Of a stretch of 64,000 nt of DNA, positions 44,746-54,724 are shown piece by piece. Position 1 is the stretch's first letter. Each line of letters opens with the position of its first letter. Below the pieces are notes generated by a model. It saw nothing but the letters and a program-made list of their open reading frames with translations. It had not been told where the DNA came from and made no database searches. The position numbers were made by a program, and so were the translations under genes. Source of the DNA: Gemmatimonadota bacterium (lineage in GTDB: Bacteria; Latescibacterota; UBA2968; UBA8231); assembly GCA_038153405.1 (NCBI GenBank), contig JAYOYH010000013.1:44334-108333 (forward strand), in the 5' to 3' direction.

Positions 44746-45890
44746 AAGCAAATTCAAAGGTCGTATTGGTCGGTGGTGCAACGGCCTTCTCACTGCTGGG
44801 CGACCAGACCCTCTACGCCGTGTTGCCCACCTACTATCTCGAACTGGGTCTGCTGCCTTGGCACGTGGGCGTGCTGCTTTCGGCCAACCGCTTTGTGCGC
44901 GTCTTTATCAACCACTGGAGCGAGCGCATGGCGCGCCGCTATTCGCCGCGCGTGCTCTTTCTCTCTTCGCTGCTGGGCGGAGCGATCCTGACGGCGGCCT
45001 ATGCTGCATTGTCGTCGTTTGCCTTTCTGCTGATCGCCCGCGTGCTGTGGGGCCTGTGCTGGACCTTTATCCGCCAGATCGGTTTGATGACCGTTTCGGA
45101 AAGTAGCGAAGAGGGACACGTGGGCCGCGCGATGGGGCTCTACAGCGGTCTTTCGCGCCTGGGGTCGGTCTGCGGCAATTTCTTTGGCGCCTTAGGACAT
45201 GACCTGCTGGGTTTTACCGGTGTGCTGTGGCTCCTTTCGGGCTTTTCGTTCCTGGCCCTACCGCTGGGTGCGCTGGCGCGTCCGGCAGGCGTTGAGGAGC
45301 GCGCGGATGCCGGCGCAAATCGCCCGGTCAGGTCAGCGACATTTCGCATCGTATTGGGCGGTTTTGCCGTGGGTTTTGTCGGCCAAGGCGCCATTCTGTC
45401 GACGCTGGGACTCGTCATGGGTGAGTCGCTCGGCAGCGGGGTCGAAGTGGCCGGTCTAGCGATTGGCGTGGCTACGCTGACAGGCGCCCTTATGTCGATG
45501 CGCTGGATTGCCGATCTCTTTGCCCCCCTGCTTGGGGGCGTGAGCGACCGCTGGGGGCGACGCGTGGGAGGCATGGCCTTTTTAGCCATCGGTGCGCTGG
45601 CGCTGGCCGTGGCCTCGCTGGAGGGCATGTTCGAGCTGCGGGTGCTGTGCTTGTTGCTGTTCTTTGTCTGTGCAACCGGATCGAATGTCGCGCTGGTTGC
45701 CGACGCCGGTGTGCGCGGTTCGCGCGCAGTGGCCTCCTACGTGACGGCGGTCGATTTGGGCGCATGCTTAGGGCCGGTCGTCGGGTGGATGATGCCGCAG
45801 TGGCAGCTGCCGACGGGGTGGATCTTCCTCTGCGGAGCGCTGTGTTACGGTCTGGCCGCGCTGGGCCAGATGCGCGAGGACCAGCCCTGA
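44742..45890 (+). CDS. MFS transporter
   Basis: ~12 TM, LLGDQTLYAVLP, LLSANRFVR, G.VSDRWGRR. Confidence 0.85.
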   Translation: MKANSKVVLVGGATAFSLLGDQTLYAVLPTYYLELGLLPWHVGVLLSANRFVRVFINHWSERMARRYSPRVLFLSSLLGGAILTAAYAALSSFAFLLIARVLWGLCWTFIRQIGLMTVSESSEEGHVGRAMGLYSGLSRLGSVCGNFFGALGHDLLGFTGVLWLLSGFSFLALPLGALARPAGVEERADAGANRPVRSATFRIVLGGFAVGFVGQGAILSTLGLVMGESLGSGVEVAGLAIGVATLTGALMSMRWIADLFAPLLGGVSDRWGRRVGGMAFLAIGALALAVASLEGMFELRVLCLLLFFVCATGSNVALVADAGVRGSRAVASYVTAVDLGACLGPVVGWMMPQWQLPTGWIFLCGALCYGLAALGQMREDQP

Positions 45891-45991
45891 CGATGCGGCG
45901 GTAGCGGCCCGGGTAGCGAGGGCCTAGCCGCGCAGGTTCGACGTAGACGCGCGCTGCGGAGCGGCGTAGATTAGAGGCTGCAAAAGGGAGG

Positions 45992-47617
45992 ATGATCATG
46001 CTCTACTTCGATGCGCACGCTTGCATAGGCCAGCGCCCCATGAAGCACAAGCGCACGCGCTGGTCTACGGCGCAATGGCTGGAGGACATGCAGCTGGCCG
46101 AACTGTCGGGCGCCCTCGTCAGCCACGGGCTGGCCCATTCCTACGACCCGCGCTACGGCAATGGGCGACTGGGCGAGGAAATTGCTAAGGCGCCCGATGT
46201 GCTCTTTCCGCTGTGGTGCATTTTGCCGCTGGGTTCGCCGGACTTTTACAAAACCGGGGACGAGCTGCTCGGGGCGATGGAAGCGAGCCGTGTGCAGGCG
46301 GTGCGCCTGGTTGCAGGCAATTACTCGCTGGGTGAAGTGGGGGCCGGCGAAACATTGGCCGTTCTTCAGGAAGCACAGGTTCTTACGCTGTTGTCTATGC
46401 GCTGGGGTGGGGCCGATCCGCTGGCCTTTTTCCACCCGCTGCTCGAGCGCTATCCGCGCTTGCCGGTGCTGTTGACCGATCACACTTGGGCGCAGCAGCG
46501 CTACGTGCACCGCCTGCTGCAGTTGCACGACAATCTGCACATCGAATTTTCAGCCTACCAGATCAACCGCGGTCTCGAGCGCTACGTAGCAGAATTTGGC
46601 GACGAACGCCTGCTCTTCGGCACGGGTGGAACCGAGAAGTCGCCCGGCGCAGCGCGCGCTTTTATCGACTATGCGAATATCCCAATGCAGAGTAAGGAGC
46701 GCATTGCCGGAGGCAACTTGCGCCGTTTGCTAAAGGGCCAGGGACCGCGGGCCGTCGCTCCCGCATTGCGCCCCGACGATGTGTGCGTAGCGGATGCGCG
46801 CGCCGGCCGGCCACAGTCGACCTTTGTATTTGACGCCCACGCCCACGTGCTGCACGAGGGGGGGCAGGGGGCCGGTGCGAACTATATCATGTACGACGGC
46901 GATGCGGCCGGTATGCTGGAGATAAATCGCTGGTGTGGCATCGATCGCATCGCCATGATGAGCTGGCACGGTCCAGTCTGCACCGATGCCGTAGACGGCA
47001 ACAACGTGGTATGGCGCGCCATGCAGCGCTTTGGCGATGAGATTCTCGGCGTCGCTGTTATTGACCCAACTCATATGGATCGGGCCGCAATGGACGCGGA
47101 AATCGATGTGCGCTATCGGCAGCAGGGCTTTGTCGGCCTTAAACCGTACGTGCATATGAATCTCTCCTACGAGGACGAAGACTTTTTGCCGTGGTGGGCC
47201 TTTGGCAATGCCCATCAGCTCTATGCGCTCATGCACGTGGCACCGCATACCGGCGGCGTGGCTGGCATCGGTCGCTTGGCCGCGCGCTTTCCCAATATGA
47301 GCTGGGTCATTGCCCATGCTGGCGGATCGTATGCCTTTGCAGAAGAGGTTGCAGCCTGCATCGTCGAACACCCCAACGTCTATGCCGAACTAACGCTCAC
47401 CCCCGTGACCAATCGCGTCGTCGAATTCTTGGTCGAAGCCACCGACGACGAGCACGTGCTCTTTGGCACCGATGCACCGATGCGCGATCCGCGCCAGCAG
47501 TTGGGCTGGGTGCTGTGGGCTGATCTGCCGCTGGAAAGTAAGCAGAAAGTCCTTGGGTTGAACTTTAAGCGCATCGTCGAACGGGCGATCCGACCTGAGG
47601 TGGCACGTGGCCATTAG
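45992..47617 (+). CDS. Tandem double amidohydrolase_2 domain protein
   Basis: Two DAH(x)H/C starts (FDAHAC, FDAHAH) and two LFGT ends (LLFGTGG, VLFGTDAP). Confidence 0.85.
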   Translation: MIMLYFDAHACIGQRPMKHKRTRWSTAQWLEDMQLAELSGALVSHGLAHSYDPRYGNGRLGEEIAKAPDVLFPLWCILPLGSPDFYKTGDELLGAMEASRVQAVRLVAGNYSLGEVGAGETLAVLQEAQVLTLLSMRWGGADPLAFFHPLLERYPRLPVLLTDHTWAQQRYVHRLLQLHDNLHIEFSAYQINRGLERYVAEFGDERLLFGTGGTEKSPGAARAFIDYANIPMQSKERIAGGNLRRLLKGQGPRAVAPALRPDDVCVADARAGRPQSTFVFDAHAHVLHEGGQGAGANYIMYDGDAAGMLEINRWCGIDRIAMMSWHGPVCTDAVDGNNVVWRAMQRFGDEILGVAVIDPTHMDRAAMDAEIDVRYRQQGFVGLKPYVHMNLSYEDEDFLPWWAFGNAHQLYALMHVAPHTGGVAGIGRLAARFPNMSWVIAHAGGSYAFAEEVAACIVEHPNVYAELTLTPVTNRVVEFLVEATDDEHVLFGTDAPMRDPRQQLGWVLWADLPLESKQKVLGLNFKRIVERAIRPEVARGH

Positions 47618-48740
47618 ACCGCTACTACCTGCCGATCGCTTTGTCGATTTGGGCGATCAAGCCCATCTGTGCACCGGCGGCGAGGCGCCTTGGCTCGTTG
47701 CTCAGGAGGAGGTTTACGCGGAGTTTGCGCGGCTCAAGAGCGGCGGGTACGCGGGTCGCCAACAGGTATACGCCCTTGGCGAAGCGTGCAGAGAAAAGAT
47801 GGGCCAGCTGTGGCACGTGTCGTCTGACCGCGTTGCCTTTATGCCCTCGGCTGCCGAGGGCATGGCATGGCTGGCGCGCGGTTTGGACTGGCGGGCGGGG
47901 GACAACATCGTCACCACCGATCTCGAATTTCCCTCGGTGGCCTACGCTTGGCGCGATCTGCGCGCCCTCGGCGTAGAGGTGCGGATGGTGAAACACCGCG
48001 ATTTCGTCGTCGAAGAGCGCGATCTACTCGCCGCCGTCGATGCGCGCACGCGCGTGCTGGCCGTCAGTCAGGTCAGCTTTTTCTCGGGGCAGAATTTACG
48101 CGTGGAACAGCTAGCTGAGGGGCTAGCCAGCACCGATGCGCTGCTGGCCGTCGATGCTACGCATGCGGCTGGTGCGGTCGACGTGCGGGCCGATCTGAGC
48201 GACCTGTGCGTGTCGTCGGCCTACAAGTGGCTGCTGGCCACGCACGGCGTCGCGCCGTGCTACTTGAGCAGGCGAGCGGAGGAGCGGCTGAGGTCGTCTA
48301 GTTACGGCTGGCACAACCTGGCCGTTTGGCCGGCACAGGGAGCCGAACGCCTGCCCGACGTTGACGAGCAACCCATGCCCGCCCGCTTAGAGCCGGGCAA
48401 TCCCGGCATGGTCTCGGTGCTCTTTTTAAACCGAGCACTGGACGAACTGCTCGCGCTGGGCATTGAGGCCATTGAAGCGCACGTGCTCGACCTGGCCGGC
48501 GAGATATCCGATGGGCTGACCCATCGAGGTCTGCGCGTGATCTCGCCGCGGCTGCGCAGCCGTCAGTCGGGCAATACCTGCTTTGCCGCGCACGATGCGC
48601 GCGCCGTTATGCATGAGCTGGCAGCGCGCGGGGTCTTGGTCTGGGGAGAATACGGCCGCGTGCGGGTTTCCGGTCACCTCTACAACGGCAGCAGCGACGT
48701 GGAGCGACTCTGGCAGGCGCTCGAAGAAATTGCCGTGTAA
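47607..48740 (+). CDS. Aminotransferase class V PLP-dependent enzyme
   Basis: EFPSV, VSQVSF.SG, VDATHA.G, SSAYKWL (PLP Lys), RVS.H.YN. Confidence 0.9.
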   Translation: MAIRPLLPADRFVDLGDQAHLCTGGEAPWLVAQEEVYAEFARLKSGGYAGRQQVYALGEACREKMGQLWHVSSDRVAFMPSAAEGMAWLARGLDWRAGDNIVTTDLEFPSVAYAWRDLRALGVEVRMVKHRDFVVEERDLLAAVDARTRVLAVSQVSFFSGQNLRVEQLAEGLASTDALLAVDATHAAGAVDVRADLSDLCVSSAYKWLLATHGVAPCYLSRRAEERLRSSSYGWHNLAVWPAQGAERLPDVDEQPMPARLEPGNPGMVSVLFLNRALDELLALGIEAIEAHVLDLAGEISDGLTHRGLRVISPRLRSRQSGNTCFAAHDARAVMHELAARGVLVWGEYGRVRVSGHLYNGSSDVERLWQALEEIAV

Positions 48741-48768
48741 GGTAGCCAAGCTGCAGACTACAGGTGCA

Positions 48769-50124
48769 TTAGGTCGTGCCAAAAAACTGGTCGTAGAGGG
48801 CCCGTACGGCCTGCGGTATATCGTTGGCCTTAATGCCAAACATCATGCTCACTTCGCTCGAGCCCTGGTTAATCATTTCGAGGTTGACTCCGGCCGCGGC
48901 AAATGCGGTGCAGGCGCGCGCGGCTAGGCCGATGGTGTGATTCATCCCCTCGCCGACGATCATTACTAAGGCTAGACCGCGGGCAACGCTGACCTCATCG
49001 GCGGCCAATTCGGTGCGCAGCCGCCGCAGCACGCGCTCTTCGGCCGCGCGGTTGAACGTCGACTCGCGGACGATCACGGACATATTGTCTATGCCGGATG
49101 GCGTGTGCTCGAAAGATATGCCTTCGTCTTCAAATATCTGCAACATTCGCCGGCCAAAGCCCACTTCGCGGTTCATCAAGTACTTGCTAATATACACGCT
49201 GCAAAAGCCGTCCGTAGCGGCGATGCCGACGACGGGAAACTTGCCAATTGGACGCGAGGGCAGAATGCGCGTGCCCGGCGCTTGCGGGTTGTTGGTGTTT
49301 TTGACGACGACGGGTATACCCGCGTGGAAAACGGGTTCGAGCGCCTCATCGTGAAATACGGAAAAGCCGGCATAAGCCAATTCGCGCATCTCGCGGTAGG
49401 TAATTTCCTCTACGGCAACAGGGCGGTCTACAAGCGTGGGGTTGGCGACGAAGACCGAGTCCACGTCGGTGAAATTTTCGTATATGTCGGCATCGACAGC
49501 TGCGGCGAGAATGGCTCCCGTGATATCGGAGCCGCCGCGCGGAAAGGTGACCACGCGCCCGCTTTCTGAATAGCCAAAAAAGCCGGGGAAAATCGACGTG
49601 CCCGGTCTGTCGCACAGCGCGCGCAGGCGCCCGTAGGATTGCTTGAGAACGCGCGCATTGCCGGGTTCGTCGGAGAGTATCATGCCGGCATCGCCGGGAT
49701 TGATATAGTGGGCTTCAACGCCCGTGCTGCGCAGGTATTCGGCGACCAAGCGCGCGCTATTGTCTTCGCCGGCCGCCTTCATCGCATCCATGTAGAGCCC
49801 TTCGTCGCGTGCGTCCATGTCGAGTCGGGCGCGCAGATCGCGCTCTATGGGCTCCAGCGAGCCGGACGGTAGCCCTAAGTCGGTGGCAATATCGCGGTAG
49901 CGATTAATGACGCGCTGTATTTCTGCGTGCCCGTCTTGACCTGTAAGGCGGGCGCGGGCGGTCTCAATGAGCAGGTCGGTGACCTTTGTGTCGCTGGAAT
50001 CGCGCTTGCCGGGAGCCGATACGACGATTAGCCGGCGCTGCGGGTCGGCGGCGATAATGGCGCAAATTTTCTTTATCTGCTCGGCCGATGCCAGCGAGGT
50101 ACCGCCGAACTTGGCTACTTTCAT
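48769..50124 (-). CDS. lysC: Aspartate kinase (monofunctional, two ACT domains)
   Basis: KFGGTSLA, VVSAPGK, RGGSDITG, ENFTDVD, YREMREL.Y.GF.VFH, NTNNP..PGT. Confidence 0.95.
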   Translation of the reverse strand: MKVAKFGGTSLASAEQIKKICAIIAADPQRRLIVVSAPGKRDSSDTKVTDLLIETARARLTGQDGHAEIQRVINRYRDIATDLGLPSGSLEPIERDLRARLDMDARDEGLYMDAMKAAGEDNSARLVAEYLRSTGVEAHYINPGDAGMILSDEPGNARVLKQSYGRLRALCDRPGTSIFPGFFGYSESGRVVTFPRGGSDITGAILAAAVDADIYENFTDVDSVFVANPTLVDRPVAVEEITYREMRELAYAGFSVFHDEALEPVFHAGIPVVVKNTNNPQAPGTRILPSRPIGKFPVVGIAATDGFCSVYISKYLMNREVGFGRRMLQIFEDEGISFEHTPSGIDNMSVIVRESTFNRAAEERVLRRLRTELAADEVSVARGLALVMIVGEGMNHTIGLAARACTAFAAAGVNLEMINQGSSEVSMMFGIKANDIPQAVRALYDQFFGTT

Positions 50125-50342
50125 GCCGGTGCACTCCTTGTAGTTGCGGCGTGGTTAGACTAAATAAAAAACGGATAGAACGACGTTTGGCCAAGAGGGG
50201 AGCAGGGCTCTGAAGGGTGTGGTCCCGCAGAAGGGGGCGCCGCCGTCCGGTCTGCTGGTAAGGAGGGGCGTTGGGGCAGCGCGCTGTTGGTGGGTGCCGC
50301 GGCGTTGGCTACATTAGCGGTTATCAGCAAAAGGAGGGGATC

Positions 50343-52076
50343 ATGAGCGATAGACGAGGTGAAGTGCACGCCTGCTCGTTGAGCGAGCTACAGGATAAGG
50401 GGTGTCTGGTAGCCGAAGGCCCTGTGCCCATCGCCATTTTTTATGAAGAGGGCAAGCTATTTGCCGTCGACAACCGCTGCCCACACATGGGCTTTCCTCT
50501 GCACAGAGGCACGGTGAGCAACGGCGTGCTGACCTGCCACTGGCACCACGCGCGTTTTGATGCCAGCAGCGGATGCACGTTCGACTTATTCGCCGACGAC
50601 GTGGCCTCCTACCCCGTTGCGGTGCGCGATGGCCAGGTCTATATCCAAGCGCGGGCAGCGGCGGCCGATCCGGCCGAGGTCGGGCGCAAGCGGCTGCTGG
50701 AAGGTATGCAGCAGAATATTCGCCTCGTCGTAGCCAAGGCGGTAGTCAATTTGGTAAACGCCGGAGTGGATCACGACGATATTGTGCGTCAGGGAGGGCT
50801 TTTCGGCGTGCGCCATCGCCGCGCCGGTTGGGGCCCCGGGCTGACGATCCTCACCGCCATGGCCAAGGTCTGCGATCACCTGGACGCGGCCGACCGCGTT
50901 GCGCCGCTCTATCAGGGACTGATACACGTGGCCAACGACAGTGCCGGCCAGCCGCCCAAGTTTGATTTGCAGCCGCTGGGCGATGGCTCGGTGGAATTGG
51001 CCAGTGTCAAAGAGTGGTTTCGCGATTTAGTCGAAGTGCGCAGCATCGACGGGGCTGAGCGCTGTTTGCTGACGGCCATAGCGGGGGGGGCGGCGCCTGA
51101 GCAGCTGGCCGATATGATGCTGTCGGCAGCTACCGACCACTTCTACTTAGACGGGGGCCACACCGTTGACTTTATCAACAAGGCCTTTGAAATGCTCGAC
51201 CGCATCGGCTGGGATCACGCCGCCCAAGTGCTGCCCTCGCTTGTGCGCCAGCTCTGCCAGGCTCAGCGCAGCGAAGAGCAGAACGCCTGGCGCAATCCGC
51301 TTGATTTGGTGGATGCTCTAAACGGCGTATTCGACGAAATACCCAGCCTACTCGCGCTGGGGCAGGGCAAGGTATGGGAACCGCTCGAGGAGCTACACGA
51401 GCTGCTACTGGCAGACGATCCGCACGCTAGTATCGCAGCGCTGCGCCAGGCGCTGTGCGACGGAGCACAGCCGGTTCAGCTGGCCCAGATAGTCGCCTAT
51501 GCTGCGGCCCTGCGCGTAGCGCGGTTTCACGTGCAAAACGAATTCGCCGATTGGATCGCCGTGTTGCACACGTTCACCTATGGCAATGCGCTGCACCAGC
51601 TGCTGAAGAGGGCGCCGGCGGGCGAAACAGTGCGCGGCGTATTTCACGGAGCGGTGCGAGTCTATTTAGACCGCTTTCTCAATATCCCACCCGCTCGCCT
51701 ACCTAGGGCCGATGGGGGCGCTAGCGGGGGCGATTTCCGCCGCGAGTATCTGGCGCTGCTCAACAACCAGCAACAGGTCGACGAAGCCGGCCGGCGCGTC
51801 TACGCCTATTTGGCCGGTGGTGGAGTGCCGCGCGACCTTTTTGCTACGCTGGCCGAATCGCTGCTGCGCGAGGACGGCGAATTTCACAGCTTCCAAATGT
51901 TGGAGGCGGCGCTGCGCCAATTTGACGAGGAGCGCAGCCCAGAGCAAAAGCGCCTCGTCGCCGTGGCGGCAGCTCGCTATTTGGCCGCTCATGCACCGAC
52001 CCAGCGCCAACTCTTGCAAACGCTGCGCATTGCTCTGCGCCTGCACCGCGGGGAGCCTGTATACGAAGCTGAATAG
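50343..52076 (+). CDS. Rieske [2Fe-2S] domain protein with a large helical C-terminal region
   Basis: CPHMGFPL...CHWHHARFD Rieske motif; AAGGAGG RBS before ATG at 50343. Confidence 0.85.
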   Translation: MSDRRGEVHACSLSELQDKGCLVAEGPVPIAIFYEEGKLFAVDNRCPHMGFPLHRGTVSNGVLTCHWHHARFDASSGCTFDLFADDVASYPVAVRDGQVYIQARAAAADPAEVGRKRLLEGMQQNIRLVVAKAVVNLVNAGVDHDDIVRQGGLFGVRHRRAGWGPGLTILTAMAKVCDHLDAADRVAPLYQGLIHVANDSAGQPPKFDLQPLGDGSVELASVKEWFRDLVEVRSIDGAERCLLTAIAGGAAPEQLADMMLSAATDHFYLDGGHTVDFINKAFEMLDRIGWDHAAQVLPSLVRQLCQAQRSEEQNAWRNPLDLVDALNGVFDEIPSLLALGQGKVWEPLEELHELLLADDPHASIAALRQALCDGAQPVQLAQIVAYAAALRVARFHVQNEFADWIAVLHTFTYGNALHQLLKRAPAGETVRGVFHGAVRVYLDRFLNIPPARLPRADGGASGGDFRREYLALLNNQQQVDEAGRRVYAYLAGGGVPRDLFATLAESLLREDGEFHSFQMLEAALRQFDEERSPEQKRLVAVAAARYLAAHAPTQRQLLQTLRIALRLHRGEPVYEAE

Positions 52077-52100
52077 CAGACTTGCGGCTGCAATAAATGG

Positions 52101-52130
52101 GGGTCGGGACAAGTGCCCGGCCCTTTTTTT
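52101..52130 (+). terminator. Rho-independent terminator
   Basis: GGGTCGGG-N7-CCCGGCCC followed by T7. Confidence 0.75.
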
Positions 52131-52208
52131 ATGTGCCATTTGTCTTTGTGCGACGCAATGCCTAAGTTTTAATGATTAAAAGTTTTTCCGAAATTTTATG
52201 GAGGGTTT

Positions 52209-53177
52209 ATGAAGGCGATACGCTTTCATGCCAATGGCGGTCCCGAGGTGCTCAACTGGGAAGAGGTCGACGACCCGCAGGCCGGTCCCGGTCAGGTGTT
52301 GATCCGCTTGGAAGCCGTTGGTCTAAACTACATCGACACCTATCACAGGGAAGGGCTCTATCCGGTTGGCCTGCCCTGCATTCCGGGTGTTGAAGGCGCT
52401 GGAGAGGTCATTGCGCTGGGCGAAGGCGTCAGCGAAGTGGCCGTGGGCGACCGCGTCGCCTATGCCGGTCCAATGGGTTCCTATGCCCAGGTGGCTGCCG
52501 TGCCGGCCGAGCGCGTGGTGCCGCTGCCGGCAGGCGTTTCGAGCGAGGTGGGCGCTGCGGCGATGATCCAGGGCATTACCGCTCACTACTTGGCCCATGG
52601 TTCCTATCCGCTCAAAGAGACGGATACCGCGCTTATTCACGCTGGCGCCGGCGGCGTCGGCCTGCTGCTCATTCAGATGGCCAAGATGTGCGGGGCGCGG
52701 GTGCTGACCACCGTGTCCACCGCCGACAAAGAGGCGTTGGCGCGCGGGGCCGGTGCCGATGAAGTCATTCGCTACACCGAAGTAGACTTTGCCGATGAGG
52801 TCCTGCGTCTCACCGAGGACAAGGGCGTGGACGTGGTCTACGACTCGGTCGGCAAGACGACCTTTGATCGCGGCCTGGACGTGCTGCGTCCTCTCGGCTA
52901 CATGGTGCTCTTTGGCCAGTCGAGCGGTCCCGTATTGCCGGTTGATCCGGGAATCTTAAACACCAAGGGCTCGCTCTTTCTGACGCGCCCGACCTCGGCC
53001 CACTACACGCAGACGCGCGAAGCGCTGCTGGCGCGCGCCGGCGACGTATTCAACTGGATGGCTGCGGGCAAACTCAATTTGCGCATTGGCCATCGCTTTC
53101 CTCTGGCCGAGGCTGCAGATGCACACCGCGCCATCCAAGGGCGCAAGACCACGGGTAAGGTTCTACTCCTGCCCTAG
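52209..53177 (+). CDS. qor: NADPH:quinone oxidoreductase (zeta-crystallin type)
   Basis: GGPEVL, GLNYID.Y.R.G.Y, HAGAGGVG, YDSVGK.TF, KGSLFLTRP, R.TTGK. Confidence 0.93.
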   Translation: MKAIRFHANGGPEVLNWEEVDDPQAGPGQVLIRLEAVGLNYIDTYHREGLYPVGLPCIPGVEGAGEVIALGEGVSEVAVGDRVAYAGPMGSYAQVAAVPAERVVPLPAGVSSEVGAAAMIQGITAHYLAHGSYPLKETDTALIHAGAGGVGLLLIQMAKMCGARVLTTVSTADKEALARGAGADEVIRYTEVDFADEVLRLTEDKGVDVVYDSVGKTTFDRGLDVLRPLGYMVLFGQSSGPVLPVDPGILNTKGSLFLTRPTSAHYTQTREALLARAGDVFNWMAAGKLNLRIGHRFPLAEAADAHRAIQGRKTTGKVLLLP

Positions 53178-53251
53178 ACAGAGAAACTATCTACGCTACG
53201 CGAGATGCGCGGCACACCACTTGACCGCGCAGAGTGCAAAGGAGTGTTGTA

Positions 53252-54724
53252 ATGGCAGACAATCCTCAGGCCCAAGAGGGGGAAGTTCAAGAGGAGGCTA
53301 AAGAATTAGCTGTTGAGTCACAGGCTGTGGAGAGGGCCGATGCGGGAGAGGCAGAGCCTGCCGTCGAAGAGGTGCCCGCCGCTGCGACGGGTGCGGATGC
53401 TGGCAGCGTTGCTGCCGAGGCCGTAGCCGAACCCACCGCTGAAACGGATGTCGCGGCTGGTGGGATCAACGCTGAGGCGAATGCCGAGGAGGGTGAGGTC
53501 GCCGCTGAGACGGCTGCCGAGGGGGGTGACGACAAACCGGCGGAAACCGGCGATTTTGCACAGCTATTGGCCGAGAGCGAGAAAGATGCCAAAGGCGAGC
53601 TAAAGGTGGGCGATGCGGTAAAGGGCGTCATTGCAAAGATCGACGGCGACAGTGTCTTTGTCGACTACGGCGGTCGCGGCGAGGCGCTTATGCGCACCGG
53701 CGATTTGATGGACAAAGACGGCCAATTGCACGTTAAGGTGGGCGATCCGATCGAGGCGTTTGCCGCCAGTGTTGGCGACGAGGTCGTGCTATCGCGCAGC
53801 GTCAGTCGCACCGAGGGCAATACCGATGCGCTCTACCAAGCCTACAAAGCCGGTATGCCGGTTGAAGGTCAGGTCGATGCCGTCAATAAGTGGGGTATGG
53901 GCGTGATCTTTCAGGGCGGCGTGCGCGGCTTTTGCCCCATTTCCCAAGTCGATACGTCCTTTATCGAAAGTGCCGAGGAATATCGGGGCAAGACGTTTAG
54001 CTTTAAGATTATCGAGTTTCGCCATCAGGGACGCGATATCGTCGTTTCGCGCCGGGCGCTATTAGAAGCCGACAAGAACAAAGAAGCCCAAGCTGTGCGC
54101 GGCAAACTCGATAAGGGTGCACGGCTGCAGGGCACGGTAACGCGGCTGCAGGACTTCGGTGCTTTTGTCGATCTGGGCGCGGGCGTTGAGGGGCTGGTTC
54201 ACGTTTCGGAGATCAGCCACCAGCGCGTTGAGAAGCCGGGCGATGTGCTCAAAGAGGGCCAGCAGATCGAAGTGGCGGTGCTGGGTACCAAGGGGTTGGG
54301 CAACCGCCGCAAAGAGCGCATTTCGCTTTCGATGAAGGCGCTGGAGAAAGACCCTTGGAACGATATTCGCAAGCGGTTTCCCTCCGGCACCGTCGTCGCC
54401 GGCAAAGTAGACAGTTTGGAAGACTACGGGGCCTTTGTCGAACTGGCCGAAGGCGTGCGCGGCATGGTGCACATTTCCGAGGTGGCCGACCGCCGCATTG
54501 GGCATCCGCGCGAAGTGCTGTCGATAGGCGAGGAGGTGCGGGTAGTCGTCCTCGAAGCCGATGCGCGCCGCCAGCGCCTGCGCCTGTCTATTCGCCAGGT
54601 CGAGTCGATGGAGTCGGCGGCCAATCTGCGCGATTTTCAAGAGCGCATGAAAAAAGAGCAAACCGATGAACCCTCGGGTAATGCGCTGACCGATGCACTG
54701 CGCCGCGCTAAACTAGTCGATTGA
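53252..54724 (+). CDS. Ribosomal protein S1-like RNA-binding protein (4 S1 domains, acidic N-terminal extension)
   Basis: Four S1 repeats (e.g. FGAFVDLG.GVEGLVHVSEIS, YGAFVELAEGVRGMVHISE); ~100-aa A/E-rich N-terminus; AAGGAG RBS. Confidence 0.88.
   Translation: MADNPQAQEGEVQEEAKELAVESQAVERADAGEAEPAVEEVPAAATGADAGSVAAEAVAEPTAETDVAAGGINAEANAEEGEVAAETAAEGGDDKPAETGDFAQLLAESEKDAKGELKVGDAVKGVIAKIDGDSVFVDYGGRGEALMRTGDLMDKDGQLHVKVGDPIEAFAASVGDEVVLSRSVSRTEGNTDALYQAYKAGMPVEGQVDAVNKWGMGVIFQGGVRGFCPISQVDTSFIESAEEYRGKTFSFKIIEFRHQGRDIVVSRRALLEADKNKEAQAVRGKLDKGARLQGTVTRLQDFGAFVDLGAGVEGLVHVSEISHQRVEKPGDVLKEGQQIEVAVLGTKGLGNRRKERISLSMKALEKDPWNDIRKRFPSGTVVAGKVDSLEDYGAFVELAEGVRGMVHISEVADRRIGHPREVLSIGEEVRVVVLEADARRQRLRLSIRQVESMESAANLRDFQERMKKEQTDEPSGNALTDALRRAKLVD

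Noticed and set aside
50125..50342. Possible lysine riboswitch upstream of aspartokinase
   Set aside because: No lysine-riboswitch consensus elements or terminator recognisable on the minus strand
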